A stretch of DNA of 64,000 nucleotides from the NCBI GenBank assembly GCA_964057225.1, contig OZ059895.1:1736001-1800000 (forward strand), given 5' to 3'. Origin of the DNA: Auanema rhodensis. Its lineage: Eukaryota > Animalia > Nematoda. The position numbers and the translations under genes were made by a program. Shown one piece after another: positions 12,801-27,800 of the stretch. Under the pieces are notes generated by a model, which searched no databases, had not been told where the DNA came from, and saw nothing but the letters and a program-made list of their open reading frames with translations. Numbering within the stretch: the stretch's first letter is position 1; every line of letters starts with the position of its first letter.

Positions 12801-15800
12801 ATTTTTAAGCTGCGTCGATCTGTGTTATCAGATTTGCGCTAGCTTAAAAATGCACCGAGATATCAACTGATATAAGTTCACACTTATATCCTCGATTTTC
12901 ACCCTGAAGAATTAATTTTTTCGTTGAATAACATTGTCCATCGTCTTTGCCTTGAAAAATGAAATCTAAAAACATCTACTTTTTGCTAAATTATTTTGAA
13001 ATTTTTCGAAAAAATTTTTGTCAAAATGTTTTTGGAAGCAATGTTGAGTGTACATGGAAACTCAACATACACTAATGCATCATTTTTCAAACGATCATAA
13101 CTAATTTTTGTATCAAGCGTTTCTCGATGTAGTATAGTGCATTCGATGCGGATTTTTAAGCTGCGTCGATCTGTGTTATCAGATTTGCGCTAGCTTAAAA
13201 ATGCACCGAGATATCAACTGATATAAGTTCACACTTATATCCTCGATTTTCACCCTGAAGAATTAATTTTTTCGTTGAATAACATTGTCCATCGTCTTTG
13301 TCTTGAAAAATGGAATCTAAAAACATCTACTTTTTGCTAAATTATTTTGAAATTTTTCGAAAAAATTTTTGTCAAAATGTTTTTGGAAGCAATGTTGAGT
13401 GTACATGGAAACTCAACATACACTAATGCATCATTTTTCAAACGATCATAACTAATTTTTGTATCAAGCGTTTCTCAATGTAGTATAGTGCATTCGATGC
13501 GGATTTTTAAGCTGCGGCGATCTGTGTTATCAGATTTGCGCTAACTTAAAAATGCACCGAGATATCAACTGATATAAGTTCACACTTATATCCTCGATTT
13601 TCACCCTGAAGAATTAATTTTTTCGTTGAATAACATTGTCCATCGTCTTTGCCTTGAAAAATGGAATCTAAAAACATCTACTTTTTGCTAAATTATTTTG
13701 AAATTTTTCGAAAAAATTTTTGTCAAAATGTTTTTGGAAGCAATGTTGAGTGTACATGGAAACTCAACATACACTAATGCATCATTTTTCAAACAATCAT
13801 AACTAATTTGTGTATTAAGCGTTTTTCAATGTAGTATAGTGCATTCGATGCGGATTTTTGAGCTGCGTCGATCTGTGTTATCAGATTTGCGCTAGCTTAA
13901 AAATGCACCGAGATATCAACTGATATAAGTTCACACTTATATCCTCGATTTTCACCCTGAAGAATTAATTTTTTCGTTGAATAACATTGTCCATCGTCTT
14001 TGCCTTGAAAAATGAAATCTAAAAACATCTACTTTTTGCTAAATTATTTTGAAATTTTTCGAAAAAATTTTTGTCAAAATGTTTTTGGAAGCAATGTTGA
14101 GTGTACATGGAAACTCAACATACACTAATGCATCATTTTTCAAACGATCATAACTTATTTTTGTATCAAGCGTTTCTCAATGTAGTATAGTGCATTCGAT
14201 GCGGATTTTTAAGCTGCGTCGATCTGTGTTATCAGATTTGCGCTAGCTTAAAAATGCACCGAGATATCAACTGATATAAGTTCACACTTATATCCTCGAT
14301 TTTCACCCTGAAGAATTAATTTTTTCGTTGAATAACATTGTCCATCGTCTTTGTCTTGAAAAATGGAATCTAAAAACATCTACTTTTTGCTAAATTATTT
14401 TGAAATTTTTCGAAAAAATTTTTGTCAAAATGTTTTTGGAAGCAATGTTGAGTGTACATGGAAACTCAACATACACTAATGCATCATTTTTCAAACGATC
14501 ATAACTAATTTTTGTATCAAGCGTTTCTCAATGTAGTATAGTGCATTCGATGCGGATTTTTAAGCTGCGGCGATCTGTGTTATCAGATTTGCGCTAACTT
14601 AAAAATGCACCGAGATATCAACTGATATAAGTTCACACTTATATCCTCGATTTTCACCCTGAAGAATTAATTTTTTCGTTGAATAACATTGTCCATCGTC
14701 TTTGCCTTGAAAAATGGAATCTAAAAACATCTACTTTTTGCTAAATTATTTTGAAATTTTTCGAAAAAATTTTTGTCAAAATGTTTTTGGAAGCAATGTT
14801 GAGTGTACATGGAAACTCAACATACACTAATGCATCATTTTTCAAACGATCATAACTAATTTTTGTATCAAGCGTTTCTCAATGTAGTATAGTGCATTCG
14901 ATGCGGATTTTTAAGCTGCGGCGATCTGTGTTATCAGATTTGCGCTAACTTAAAAATGCACCGAGATATCAACTGATATAAGTTCACACTTATATCCTCG
15001 ATTTTCACCCTGAAGAATTAATTTTTTCGTTGAATAACATTGTCCATCGTCTTTGCCTTGAAAAATGGAATCTAAAAACATCTACTTTTTGCTAAATTAT
15101 TTTGAAATTTTTCGAAAAAATTTTTGTCAAAATGTTTTTGGAAGCAATGTTGAGTGTACATGGAAACTCAACATACACTAATGCATCATTTTTCAAACAA
15201 TCATAACTAATTTGTGTATTAAGCGTTTTTCAATGTAGTATAGTGCATTCGATGCGGATTTTTGAGCTGCGTCGATCTGTGTTATCAGATTTGCGCTAGC
15301 TTAAAAATGCACCGAGATATCAACTGATATAAGTTCACACTTATATCCTCGATTTTCACCCTGAAGAATTAATTTTTTCGTTGAATAACATTGTCCATCG
15401 TCTTTGCCTTGAAAAATGGAATCTAAAAACATCTATTTTTTGCTAAATTATTTTGAAATTTTTCGAAAAAATTTTTGTCAAAATGTTTTTGGAAGCAATG
15501 TTGAGTGTACATGGAAACTCAACATACACTAATGCATCATTTTTCAAACGATCATAACTAATTTTTGTATCAAGCGTTTCTCGATGTAGTATAGTGCATT
15601 CGATGCGGATTTTTGAGCTGCGTCGATCTGTGTTATCAGATTTGCGCTAGCTTAAAAATGCACCGAGATATCAACTGATATAAGTTCACACTTATATCCT
15701 CGATTTTCACCCTGAAGAATTAGTTTTTTCGTTGAATAACATTGTCTATCGTCTTTGCCTTGAAAAATGGAATCTAAAAACATCTATTTTTTGCTAAATT

Positions 15801-18800
15801 ATTTTGAAATTTTTCGAAAAAATTTTTGTCAAAATGTTTTTGGAAGCAATGTTGAGTGTACATGGAAACTCAACATACACTAATGCATCATTTTTCAAAC
15901 GATCATAACTAATTTTTGTATCGAGCGTTTCTCGATGTAGTATAGTGCATTCGATGCGGATTTTTAAGCTGCGTCGATCTGTGTTATCAGATTTGCGCTA
16001 GCTTAAAAATGCACCGAGATATCAACTGATATAAGTTCACACTTATATCCTCGATTTTCACCCTGAAGAATTAATTTTTTCGTTGAATAACATTGTCTAT
16101 CGTCTTTGCCTTGAAAAATGGAATCTAAAAACATCTATTTTTTGCTAAATTATTTTGAAATTTTTCGAAAAAATTTTTGTCAAAATGTTTTTGGAAGCAA
16201 TGTTGAGTGTACATGGAAACTCAACATACACTAATGCATCATTTTTCAAACGATCATAACTAATTTTTGTATCGAGCGTTTCTCGATGTAGTATAGTGCA
16301 TTCGATGCGGATTTTTAAGCTGCGTCGATCTGTGTTATCAGATTTGCGCTAGCTTAAAAATGCACCGAGATATCAACTGATATAAGTTCACACTTATATC
16401 CTCGATTTTCACCCTGAAGAATTAATTTTTTCGTTGAATAACATTGTCCATCGTCTTTGCCTTGAAAAATGGAATCTAAAAACATCTACTTTTTGCTAAA
16501 TTATTTTGAAATTTTTCGAAAAAATTTTTGTCAAAATGTTTTTGGAAGCAATGTTGAGTGTACATGGAAACTCAACATACACTAATGCATCATTTTTCAA
16601 ACGATCATAACTAATTTTTGTATCAAACGTTTCTCAATGTAGTATAGTGCATTCGATGCGGATTTTTAAGCTGCGTCGATCTGTGTTATCAGATTTGCGC
16701 TAGCTTAAAAATGCACCGAGATATCAACTGATATAAGTTCACACTTATATCCTCGATTTTCACCCTGAAGAATTAATTTTTTCGTTGAATAACATTGTCC
16801 ATCGTCTTTGCCTTGAAAAATGAAATCTAAAAACATCTACTTTTTGCTAAATTATTTTGAAATTTTTCGAAAAAATTTTTGTCAAAATGTTTTTGGAAGC
16901 AATGTTGAGTGTACATGGAAACTCAACATACACTAATGCATCATTTTTCAAACGATCATAACTAATTTTTGTATCAAGCGTTTCTCAATGTAGTATAGTG
17001 CATTCGATGCGGATTTTTAAGCTGCGGCGATCTGTGTTATCAGATTTGCGCTAACTTAAAAATGCACCGAGATATCAACTGATATAAGTTCACACTTATA
17101 TCCTCGATTTTCACCCTGAAGAATTAATTTTTTCGTTGAATAACATTGTCCATCGTCTTTGCCTTGAAAAATGGAATCTAAAAACATCTACTTTTCGCTA
17201 AATTATTTTGAAATTTTTCGAAAAAATTTTTGTCAAATTGTTTTTGGAAGCAATGTTGAGTGTACATGGAAACTCAACATACACTAATGCATCATTTTTC
17301 AAACGATCATAACTAATTTTTGTATCAAGCGTTTCTCAATGTAGTATAGTGCATTCGATGCGGATTTTTGAGCTGCGTCGATCTGTGTTATCAGATTTGC
17401 GCTAACTTAAAAATGCACCGAGATATCAACTGATATAAGTTCACACTTATATCCTCGATTTTCACCCTGAAGAATTAATTTTTTCGTTGAATAACATTGT
17501 CCATCGTCTTTGCCTTGAAAAATGGAATCTAAAAACATCTACTTTTTGCTAAATTATTTTGAAATTTTTCGAAAAAATTTTTGTCAAAATGTTTTTGGAA
17601 GCAATGTTGAGTGTACATGGAAACTCAACATACACTAATGCATCATTTTTCAAACGATCATAACTAATTTTTGTATCAAACGTTTCTCAATGTAGTATAG
17701 TGCATTCGATGCGGATTTTTAAGCTGCGGCGATCTGTGTTATCAGATTTGCGCTAACTTAAAAATGCACCGAGATATCAACTGATATAAGTTCACACTTA
17801 TATCCTCGATTTTCACCCTGAAGAATTAATTTTTTCGTTGAATAACATTGTCCATCGTCTTTGCCTTGAAAAATGGAATCTAAAAACATCTACTTTTTGC
17901 TAAATTATTTTGAAATTTTTCGAAAAAATTTTTGTCAAAATGTTTTTGGAAGCAATGTTGAGTGTACATGGAAACTCAACATACACTAATGCATCATTTT
18001 TCAAACGATCATAACTAATTTTTGTATCAAGCGTTTCTCAATGTAGTATAGTGCATTCGATGCGGATTTTTGAGCTGCGTCGATCTGTGTTATCAGATTT
18101 GCGCTAACTTAAAAATGCACCGAGATATCAACTGATATAAGTTCACACTTATATCCTCGATTTTCACCCTGAAGAATTAATTTTTTCGTTGAATAACATT
18201 GTCCATCGTCTTTGCCTTGAAAAATGGAATCTAAAAACATCTACTTTTTGCTAAATTATTTTGAAATTTTTCGAAAAAATTTTTGTCAAAATGTTTTTGG
18301 AAGCAATGTTGAGTGTACATGGAAACTCAACATACACTAATGCATCATTTTTCAAACGATCATAACTAATTTTTGTATCAAACGTTTCTCAATGTAGTAT
18401 AGTGCATTCGATGCGGATTTTTAAGCTGCGTCGATCTGTGTTATCAGATTTGCGCTAGCTTAAAAATGCACCGAGATATCAACTGATATAAGTTCACACT
18501 TATATCCTCGATTTTCACCCTGAAGAATTAATTTTTTCGTTGAATAACATTGTCCATCGTCTTTGCCTTGAAAAATGAAATCTAAAAACATCTACTTTTT
18601 GCTAAATTATCTTGAAATTTTTCGAAAAAATTTTTGTCAAAATGTTTTTGGAAGCAATGTTGAGTGTACATGGAAACTCAACATACACTAATGCATCATT
18701 TTTCAAACGATCATAACTTATTTTTGTATCAAGCGTTTCTCGATGTAGTATAGTGCATTCGATGCGGATTTTTAAGCTGCGTCGATCTGTGTTATCAGAT

Positions 18801-21800
18801 TTGCGCTAGCTTAAAAATGCACCGAGATATCAACTGATATAAGTTCACACTTATATCCTCGATTTTCACCCTGAAGAATTAATTTTTTCGTTGAATAACA
18901 TTGTCCATCGTCTTTGCCTTGAAAAATGGAATCTAAAAACATCTACTTTTTGCTAAATTATTTTGAAATTTTTCGAAAAAATTTTTGTCAAAATGTTTTT
19001 GGAAGCAATGTTGAGTGTACATGGAAACTCAACATACACTAATGCATCATTTTTCAAACGATCATAACTAATTTTTGTATCAAGCGTTTCTCAATGTAGT
19101 ATAGTGCATTCGATGCGGATTTTTGAGCTGCGTCGATCTGTGTTATCAGATTTGCGCTAACTTAAAAATGCACCGAGATATCAACTGATATAAGTTCACA
19201 CTTATATCCTCGATTTTCACCCTGAAGAATTAATTTTTTCGTTGAATAACATTGTCCATCGTCTTTGCCTTGAAAAATGAAATCTAAAAACATCTACTTT
19301 TTGCTAAATTATTTTGAAATTTTTCGAAAAAATTTTTGTCAAAATGTTTTTGGAAGCAATGTTGAGTGTACATGGAAACTCAACATACACTAATGCATCA
19401 TTTTTCAAACGATCATAACTAATTTTTGTATCAAGCGTTTCTCAATGTAGTATAGTGCATTCGATGCGGATTTTTAAGCTGCGGCGATCTGTGTTATCAG
19501 ATTTGCGCTAACTTAAAAATGCACCGAGATATCAACTGATATAAGTTCACACTTATATCCTCGATTTTCACCCTGAAGAATTAATTTTTTCGTTGAATAA
19601 CATTGTCCATCGTCTTTGCCTTGAAAAATGAAATCTAAAAACATCTACTTTTTGCTAAATTATTTTGAAATTTTTCGAAAAAATTTTTGTCAAAATGTTT
19701 TTGGAAGCAATGTTGAGTGTACATGGAAACTCAACATACACTAATGCATCATTTTTCAAACGATCATAACTAATTTTTGTATCAAGCGTTTCTCAATGTA
19801 GTATAGTGCATTCGATGCGGATTTTTAAGCTGCGTCGATCTGTGTTATCAGATTTGCGCTAGCTTAAAAATGCACCGAGATATCAACTGATATAAGTTCA
19901 CACTTATATCCTCGATTTTCACCCTGAAGAATTAATTTTTTCGTTGAATAACATTGTCCATCGTCTTTGTCTTGAAAAATGGAATCTAAAAACATCTACT
20001 TTTTGCTAAATTATTTTGAAATTTTTCGAAAAAATTTTTGTCAAAATGTTTTTGGAAGCAATGTTGAGTGTACATGGAAACTCAACATACACTAATGCAT
20101 CATTTTTCAAACGATCATAACTAATTTTTGTATCAAGCGTTTCTCAATGTAGTATAGTGCATTCGATGCGGATTTTTAAGCTGCGGCGATCTGTGTTATC
20201 AGATTTGCGCTAACTTAAAAATGCACCGAGATATCAACTGATATAAGTTCACACTTATATCCTCGATTTTCACCCTGAAGAATTAATTTTTTCGTTGAAT
20301 AACATTCTCCATCGTCTTTGCCTTGAAAAATGGAATCTAAAAACATCTACTTTTTGCTAAATTATTTTGAAATTTTTCGAAAAAATTTTTGTCAAAATGT
20401 TTTTGGAAGCAATGTTGAGTGTACATGGAAACTCAACATACACTAATGCATCATTTTTCAAACAATCATAACTAATTTGTGTATTAAGCGTTTTTCAATG
20501 TAGTATAGTGCATTCGATGCGGATTTTTGAGCTGCGTCGATCTGTGTTATCAGATTTGCGCTAGCTTAAAAATGCACCGAGATATCAACTGATATAAGTT
20601 CACACTTATATCCTCGATTTTCACCCTGAAGAATTAATTTTTTCGTTGAATAACATTGTCCATCGTCTTTGCCTTGAAAAATGAAATCTAAAAACATCTA
20701 CTTTTTGCTAAATTATTTTGAAATTTTTCGAAAAAATTTTTGTCAAAATGTTTTTGGAAGCAATGTTGAGTGTACATGGAAACTCAACATACACTAATGC
20801 ATCATTTTTCAAACGATCATAACTAATTTTTGTATCAAGCGTTTCTCGATGTAGTATAGTGCATTCGATGCGGATTTTTAAGCTGCGGCGATCTGTGTTA
20901 TCAGATTTGCGCTAACTTAAAAATGCACCGAGATATCAACTGATATAAGTTCACACTTATATCCTCGATTTTCACCCTGAAGAATTAATTTTTTCGTTGA
21001 ATAACATTGTCCATCGTCTTTGCCTTGAAAAATGGAATCTAAAAACATCTACTTTTTGCTAAATTATTTTGAAATTTTTCGAAAAAATTTTTGTCAAAAT
21101 GTTTTTGGAAGCAATGTTGAGTGTACATGGAAACTCAACATACACTAATGCATCATTTTTCAAACAATCATAACTAATTTGTGTATTAAGCGTTTTTCAA
21201 TGTAGTATAGTGCATTCGATGCGGATTTTTGAGCTGCGTCGATCTGTGTTATCAGATTTGCGCTAGCTTAAAAATGCACCGAGATATCAACTGATATAAG
21301 TTCACACTTATATCCTCGATTTTCACCCTGAAGAATTAATTTTTTCGTTGAATAACATTGTCCATCGTCTTTGCCTTGAAAAATGGAATCTAAAAACATC
21401 TATTTTTTGCTAAATTATTTTGAAATTTTTCGAAAAAATTTTTGTCAAAATGTTTTTGGAAGCAATGTTGAGTGTACATGGAAACTCAACATACACTAAT
21501 GCATCATTTTTCAAACGATCATAACTAATTTTTGTATCAAGCGTTTCTCGATGTAGTATAGTGCATTCGATGCGGATTTTTGAGCTGCGTCGATCTGTGT
21601 TATCAGATTTGCGCTAGCTTAAAAATGCACCGAGATATCAACTGATATAAGTTCACACTTATATCCTCGATTTTCACCCTGAAGAATTAATTTTTTCGTT
21701 GAATAACATTGTCTATCGTCTTTGCCTTGAAAAATGGAATCTAAAAACATCTATTTTTTGCTAAATTATTTTGAAATTTTTCGAAAAAATTTTTGTCAAA

Positions 21801-24800
21801 ATGTTTTTGGAAGCAATGTTGAGTGTACATGGAAACTCAACATACACTAATGCATCATTTTTCAAACGATCATAACTAATTTTTGTATCAAGCGTTTCTC
21901 GATGTAGTATAGTGCATTCGATGCGGATTTTTAAGCTGCGTCGATCTGTGTTATCAGATTTGCGCTAGCTTAAAAATGCACCGAGATATCAACTGATATA
22001 AGTTCACACTTATATCCTCGATTTTCACCCTGAAGAATTAATTTTTTCGTTGAATAACATTGTCCATCGTCTTTGCCTTGAAAAATGGAATCTAAAAACA
22101 TCTACTTTTTGCTGAATTATTTTGAAATTTTTCGAAAAAATTTTTGTCAAAATGTTTTTGGAAGCAATGTTGAGTGTACATGGAAACTCAACATACACTA
22201 ATGCATCATTTTTCAAACGATCATAACTAATTTTTGTATCAAGCGTTTCTCAATGTAGTATAGTGCATTCGATGCGGATTTTTAAGCTGCGGCGATCTGT
22301 GTTATCAGATTTGCGCTAACTTAAAAATGCACCGAGATATCAACTGATATAAGTTCACACTTATATCCTCGATTTTCACCCTGAAGAATTAATTTTTTCG
22401 TTGAATAACATTGTCCATCGTCTTTGCCTTGAAAAATGGAATCTAAAAACATCTACTTTTTGCTAAATTATTTTGAAATTTTTCGAAAAAATTTTTGTCA
22501 AAATGTTTTTGGAAGCAATGTTGAGTGTACATGGAAACTCAACATACACTAATGCATCATTTTTCAAACGATCATAACTAATTTTTGTATCAAACGTTTC
22601 TCAATGTAGTATAGTGCATTCGATGCGGATTTTTAAGCTGCGTCGATCTGTGTTATCAGATTTGCGCTAGCTTAAAAATGCACCGAGATATCAACTGATA
22701 TAAGTTCACACTTATATCCTCGATTTTCACCCTGAAGAATTAATTTTTTCGTTGAATAACATTGTCCATCGTCTTTGCCTTGAAAAATGAAATCTAAAAA
22801 CATCTACTTTTTGCTAAATTATTTTGAAATTTTTCGAAAAAATTTTTGTCAAAATGTTTTTGGAAGCAATGTTGAGTGTACATGGAAACTCAACATACAC
22901 TAATGCATCATTTTTCAAACGATCATAACTAATTTTTGTATCAAGCGTTTCTCAATGTAGTATAGTGCATTCGATGCGGATTTTTAAGCTGCGGCGATCT
23001 GTGTTATCAGATTTGCGCTAACTTAAAAATGCACCGAGATATCAACTGATATAAGTTCACACTTATATCCTCGATTTTCACCCTGAAGAATTAATTTTTT
23101 CGTTGAATAACATTGTCCATCGTCTTTGCCTTGAAAAATGGAATCTAAAAACATCTACTTTTCGCTAAATTATTTTCAAATTTTTCGAAAAAATTTTTGT
23201 CAAAATGTTTTTGGAAGCAATGTTGAGTGTACATGGAAACTCAACATACACTAATGCATCATTTTTCAAACGATCATAACTAATTTTTGTATCAAGCGTT
23301 TCTCAATGTAGTATAGTGCATTCGATGCGGATTTTTGAGCTGCGTCGATCTGTGTTATCAGATTTGCGCTAACTTAAAAATGCACCGAGATATCAACTGA
23401 TATAAGTTCACACTTATATCCTCGATTTTCACCCTGAAGAATTAATTTTTTCGTTGAATAACATTGTCCATCGTCTTTGCCTTGAAAAATGGAATCTAAA
23501 AACATCTACTTTTTGCTAAATTATTTTGAAATTTTTCGAAAAAATTTTTGTCAAAATGTTTTTGGAAGCAATGTTGAGTGTACATGGAAACTCAACATAC
23601 ACTAATGCATCATTTTTCAAACGATCATAACTAATTTTTGTATCAAACGTTTCTCAATGTAGTATAGTGCATTCGATGCGGATTTTTAAGCTGCGTCGAT
23701 CTGTGTTATCAGATTTGCGCTAGCTTAAAAATGCACCGAGATATCAACTGATATAAGTTCACACTTATATCCTCGATTTTCACCCTGAAGAATTAATTTT
23801 TTCGTTGAATAACATTGTCCATCGTCTTTGCCTTGAAAAATGAAATCTAAAAACATCTACTTTTTGCTAAATTATTTTGAAATTTTTCGAAAAAATTTTT
23901 GTCAAAATGTTTTTGGAAGCAATGTTGAGTGTACATGGAAACTCAACATACACTAATGCATCATTTTTCAAACGATCATAACTAATTTTTGTATCAAGCG
24001 TTTCTCAATGTAGTATAGTGCATTCGATGCGGATTTTTAAGCTGCGGCGATCTGTGTTATCAGATTTGCGCTAACTTAAAAATGCACCGAGATATCAACT
24101 GATATAAGTTCACACTTATATCCTCGATTTTCACCCTGAAGAATTAATTTTTTCGTTGAATAACATTGTCCATCGTCTTTGCCTTGAAAAATGGAATCTA
24201 AAAACATCTACTTTTTGCTAAATTATTTTGAAATTTTTCGAAAAAATTTTTGTCAAAATGTTTTTGGAAGCAATGTTGAGTGTACATGGAAACTCAACAT
24301 ACACTAATGCATCATTTTTCAAACGATCATAACTAATTTTTGTATCAAGCGTTTCTCAATGTAGTATAGTGCATTCGATGCGGATTTTTGAGCTGCGTCG
24401 ATCTGTGTTATCAGATTTGCGCTAACTTAAAAATGCACCGAGATATCAACTGATATAAGTTCACACTTATATCCTCGATTTTCACCCTGAAGAATTAATT
24501 TTTTCGTTGAATAACATTGTCCATCGTCTTTGCCTTGAAAAATGGAATCTAAAAACATCTACTTTTTGCTAAATTATTTTGAAATTTTTCGAAAAAATTT
24601 TTGTCAAAATGTTTTTGGAAGCAATGTTGAGTGTACATGGAAACTCAACATACACTAATGCATCATTTTTCAAACGATCATAACTAATTTTTGTATCAAA
24701 CGTTTCTCAATGTAGTATAGTGCATTCGATGCGGATTTTTAAGCTGCGTCGATCTGTGTTATCAGATTTGCGCTAGCTTAAAAATGCACCGAGATATCAA

Positions 24801-27800
24801 CTGATATAAGTTCACACTTATATCCTCGATTTTCACCCTGAAGAATTAATTTTTTCGTTGAATAACATTGTCCATCGTCTTTGCCTTGAAAAATGGAATC
24901 TAAAAACATCTACTTTTTGCTAAATTATTTTGAAATTTTTCGAAAAAATTTTTGTCAAAATGTTTTTGGAAGCAATGTTGAGTGTACATGGAAACTCAAC
25001 ATACACTAATGCATCATTTTTCAAACGATCATAACTAATTTTTGTATCAAGCGTTTCTCAATGTAGTATAGTGCATTCGATGCGGATTTTTGAGCTGCGT
25101 CGATCTGTGTTATCAGATTTGCGCTAACTTAAAAATGCACCGAGATATCAACTGATATAAGTTCACACTTATATCCTCGATTTTCACCCTGAAGAATTAA
25201 TTTTTTCGTTGAATAACATTGTCCATCGTCTTTGCCTTGAAAAATGGAATCTAAAAACATCTACTTTTTGCTAAATTATTTTGAAATTTTTCGAAAAAAT
25301 TTTTGTCAAAATGTTTTTGGAAGCAATGTTGAGTGTACATGGAAACTCAACATACACTAATGCATCATTTTTCAAACGATCATAACTAATTTTTGTATCA
25401 AACGTTTCTCAATGTAGTATAGTGCATTCGATGCGGATTTTTAAGCTGCGTCGATCTGTGTTATCAGATTTGCGCTAGCTTAAAAATGCACCGAGATATC
25501 AACTGATATAAGTTCACACTTATATCCTCGATTTTCACCCTGAAGAATTAATTTTTTCGTTGAATAACATTGTCCATCGTCTTTGCCTTGAAAAATGAAA
25601 TCTAAAAACATCTACTTTTTGCTAAATTATCTTGAAATTTTTCGAAAAAATTTTTGTCAAAATGTTTTTGGAAGCAATGTTGAGTGTACATGGAAACTCA
25701 ACATACACTAATGCATCATTTTTCAAACGATCATAACTAATTTTTGTATCAAGCGTTTCTCGATGTAGTATAGTGCATTCGATGCGGATTTTTAAGCTGC
25801 GTCGATCTGTGTTATCAGATTTGCGCTAGCTTAAAAATGCACCGAGATATCAACTGATATAAGTTCACACTTATATCCTCGATTTTCACCCTGAAGAATT
25901 AATTTTTTCGTTGAATAACATTGTCCATCGTCTTTGCCTTGAAAAATGGAATCTAAAAACATCTACTTTTTGCTAAATTATTTTGAAATTTTTCGAAAAA
26001 ATTTTTGTCAAAATGTTTTTGGAAGCAATGTTGAGTGTACATGGAAACTCAACATACACTAATGCATCATTTTTCAAACAATCATAACTAATTTGTGTAT
26101 TAAGCGTTTTTCAATGTAGTATAGTGCATTCGATGCGGATTTTTGAGCTGCGTCGATCTGTGTTATCAGATTTGCGCTAGCTTAAAAATGCACCGAGATA
26201 TCAACTGATATAAGTTCACACTTATATCCTCGATTTTCACCCTGAAGAATTAATTTTTTCGTTGAATAACATTGTCTATCGTCTTTGCCTTGAAAAATGG
26301 AATCTAAAAACATCTATTTTTTGCTAAATTATTTTGAAATTTTTCGAAAAAATTTTTGTCAAAATGTTTTTGGAAGCAATGTTGAGTGTACATGGAAACT
26401 CAACATACACTAATGCATCATTTTTCAAACGATCATAACTAATTTTTGTATCAAGCGTTTCTCGATGTAGTATAGTGCATTCGATGCGGATTTTTAAGCT
26501 GCGTCGATCTGTGTTATCAGATTTGCGCTAGCTTAAAAATGCACCGAGATATCAACTGATATAAGTTCACACTTATATCCTCGATTTTCACCCTGAAGAA
26601 TTAATTTTTTCGTTGAATAACATTGTCCATCGTCTTTGCCTTGAAAAATGGAATCTAAAAACATCTACTTTTTGCTAAATTATTTTGAAATTTTTCGAAA
26701 AAATTTTTGTCAAAATGTTTTTGGAAGCAATGTTGAGTGTACATGGAAACTCAACATACACTAATGCATCATTTTTCAAACGATCATAACTAATTTTTGT
26801 ATCAAGCGTTTCTCAATGTAGTATAGTGCATTCGATGCGGATTTTTAAGCTGCGGCGATCTGTGTTATCAGATTTGCGCTAACTTAAAAATGCACCGAGA
26901 TATCAACTGATATAAGTTCACACTTATATCCTCGATTTTCACCCTGAAGAATTAATTTTTTCGTTGAATAACATTGTCCATCGTCTTTGCCTTGAAAAAT
27001 GGAATCTAAAAACATCTACTTTTTGCTAAATTATTTTGAAATTTTTCGAAAAAATTTTTGTCAAAATGTTTTTGGAAGCAATGTTGAGTGTACATGGAAA
27101 CTCAACATACACTAATGCATCATTTTTCAAACGATCATAACTAATTTTTGTATCAAGCGTTTCTCGATGTAGTATAGTGCATTCGATGCGGATTTTTAAG
27201 CTGCGTCGATCTGTGTTATCAGATTTGCGCTAGCTTAAAAATGCACCGAGATATCAACTGATATAAGTTCACACTTATATCCTCGATTTTCACCCTGAAG
27301 AATTAATTTTTTCGTTGAATAACATTGTCCATCGTCTTTGCCTTGAAAAATGGAATCTAAAAACATCTACTTTTTGCTAAATTATTTTGAAATTTTTCGA
27401 AAAAATTTTTGTCAAAATGTTTTTGGAAGCAATGTTGAGTGTACATGGAAACTCAACATACACTAATGCATCATTTTTCAAACAATCATAACTAATTTGT
27501 GTATTAAGCGTTTCTCAATGTAGTATAGTGCATTCGATGCGGATTTTTGAGCTGCGTCGATCTGTGTTATCAGATTTGCGCTAGCTTAAAAATGCACCGA
27601 TATATCAACTGATATAAGTTCACACTTATATCCTCGATTTTCACCCTGAAGAATTAATTTTTTCGTTGAATAACATTGTCCATCGTCTTTGCCTTGAAAA
27701 ATAGAATCTAAAAACATCTACTTTTTGCTAAATTATTTTGAAATTTTTCGAAAAAATTTTTGTCAAAATGTTTTTGGAAGCAATGTTGAGTGTACATGGA

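Noticed and set aside
22025-22216. 63-aa minus-strand ORF
   Set aside because: It exists only because a private A>G at 22114 turns a TAG into CAG in one copy. It has a TTG start, no recognisable domain, and other copies are interrupted.
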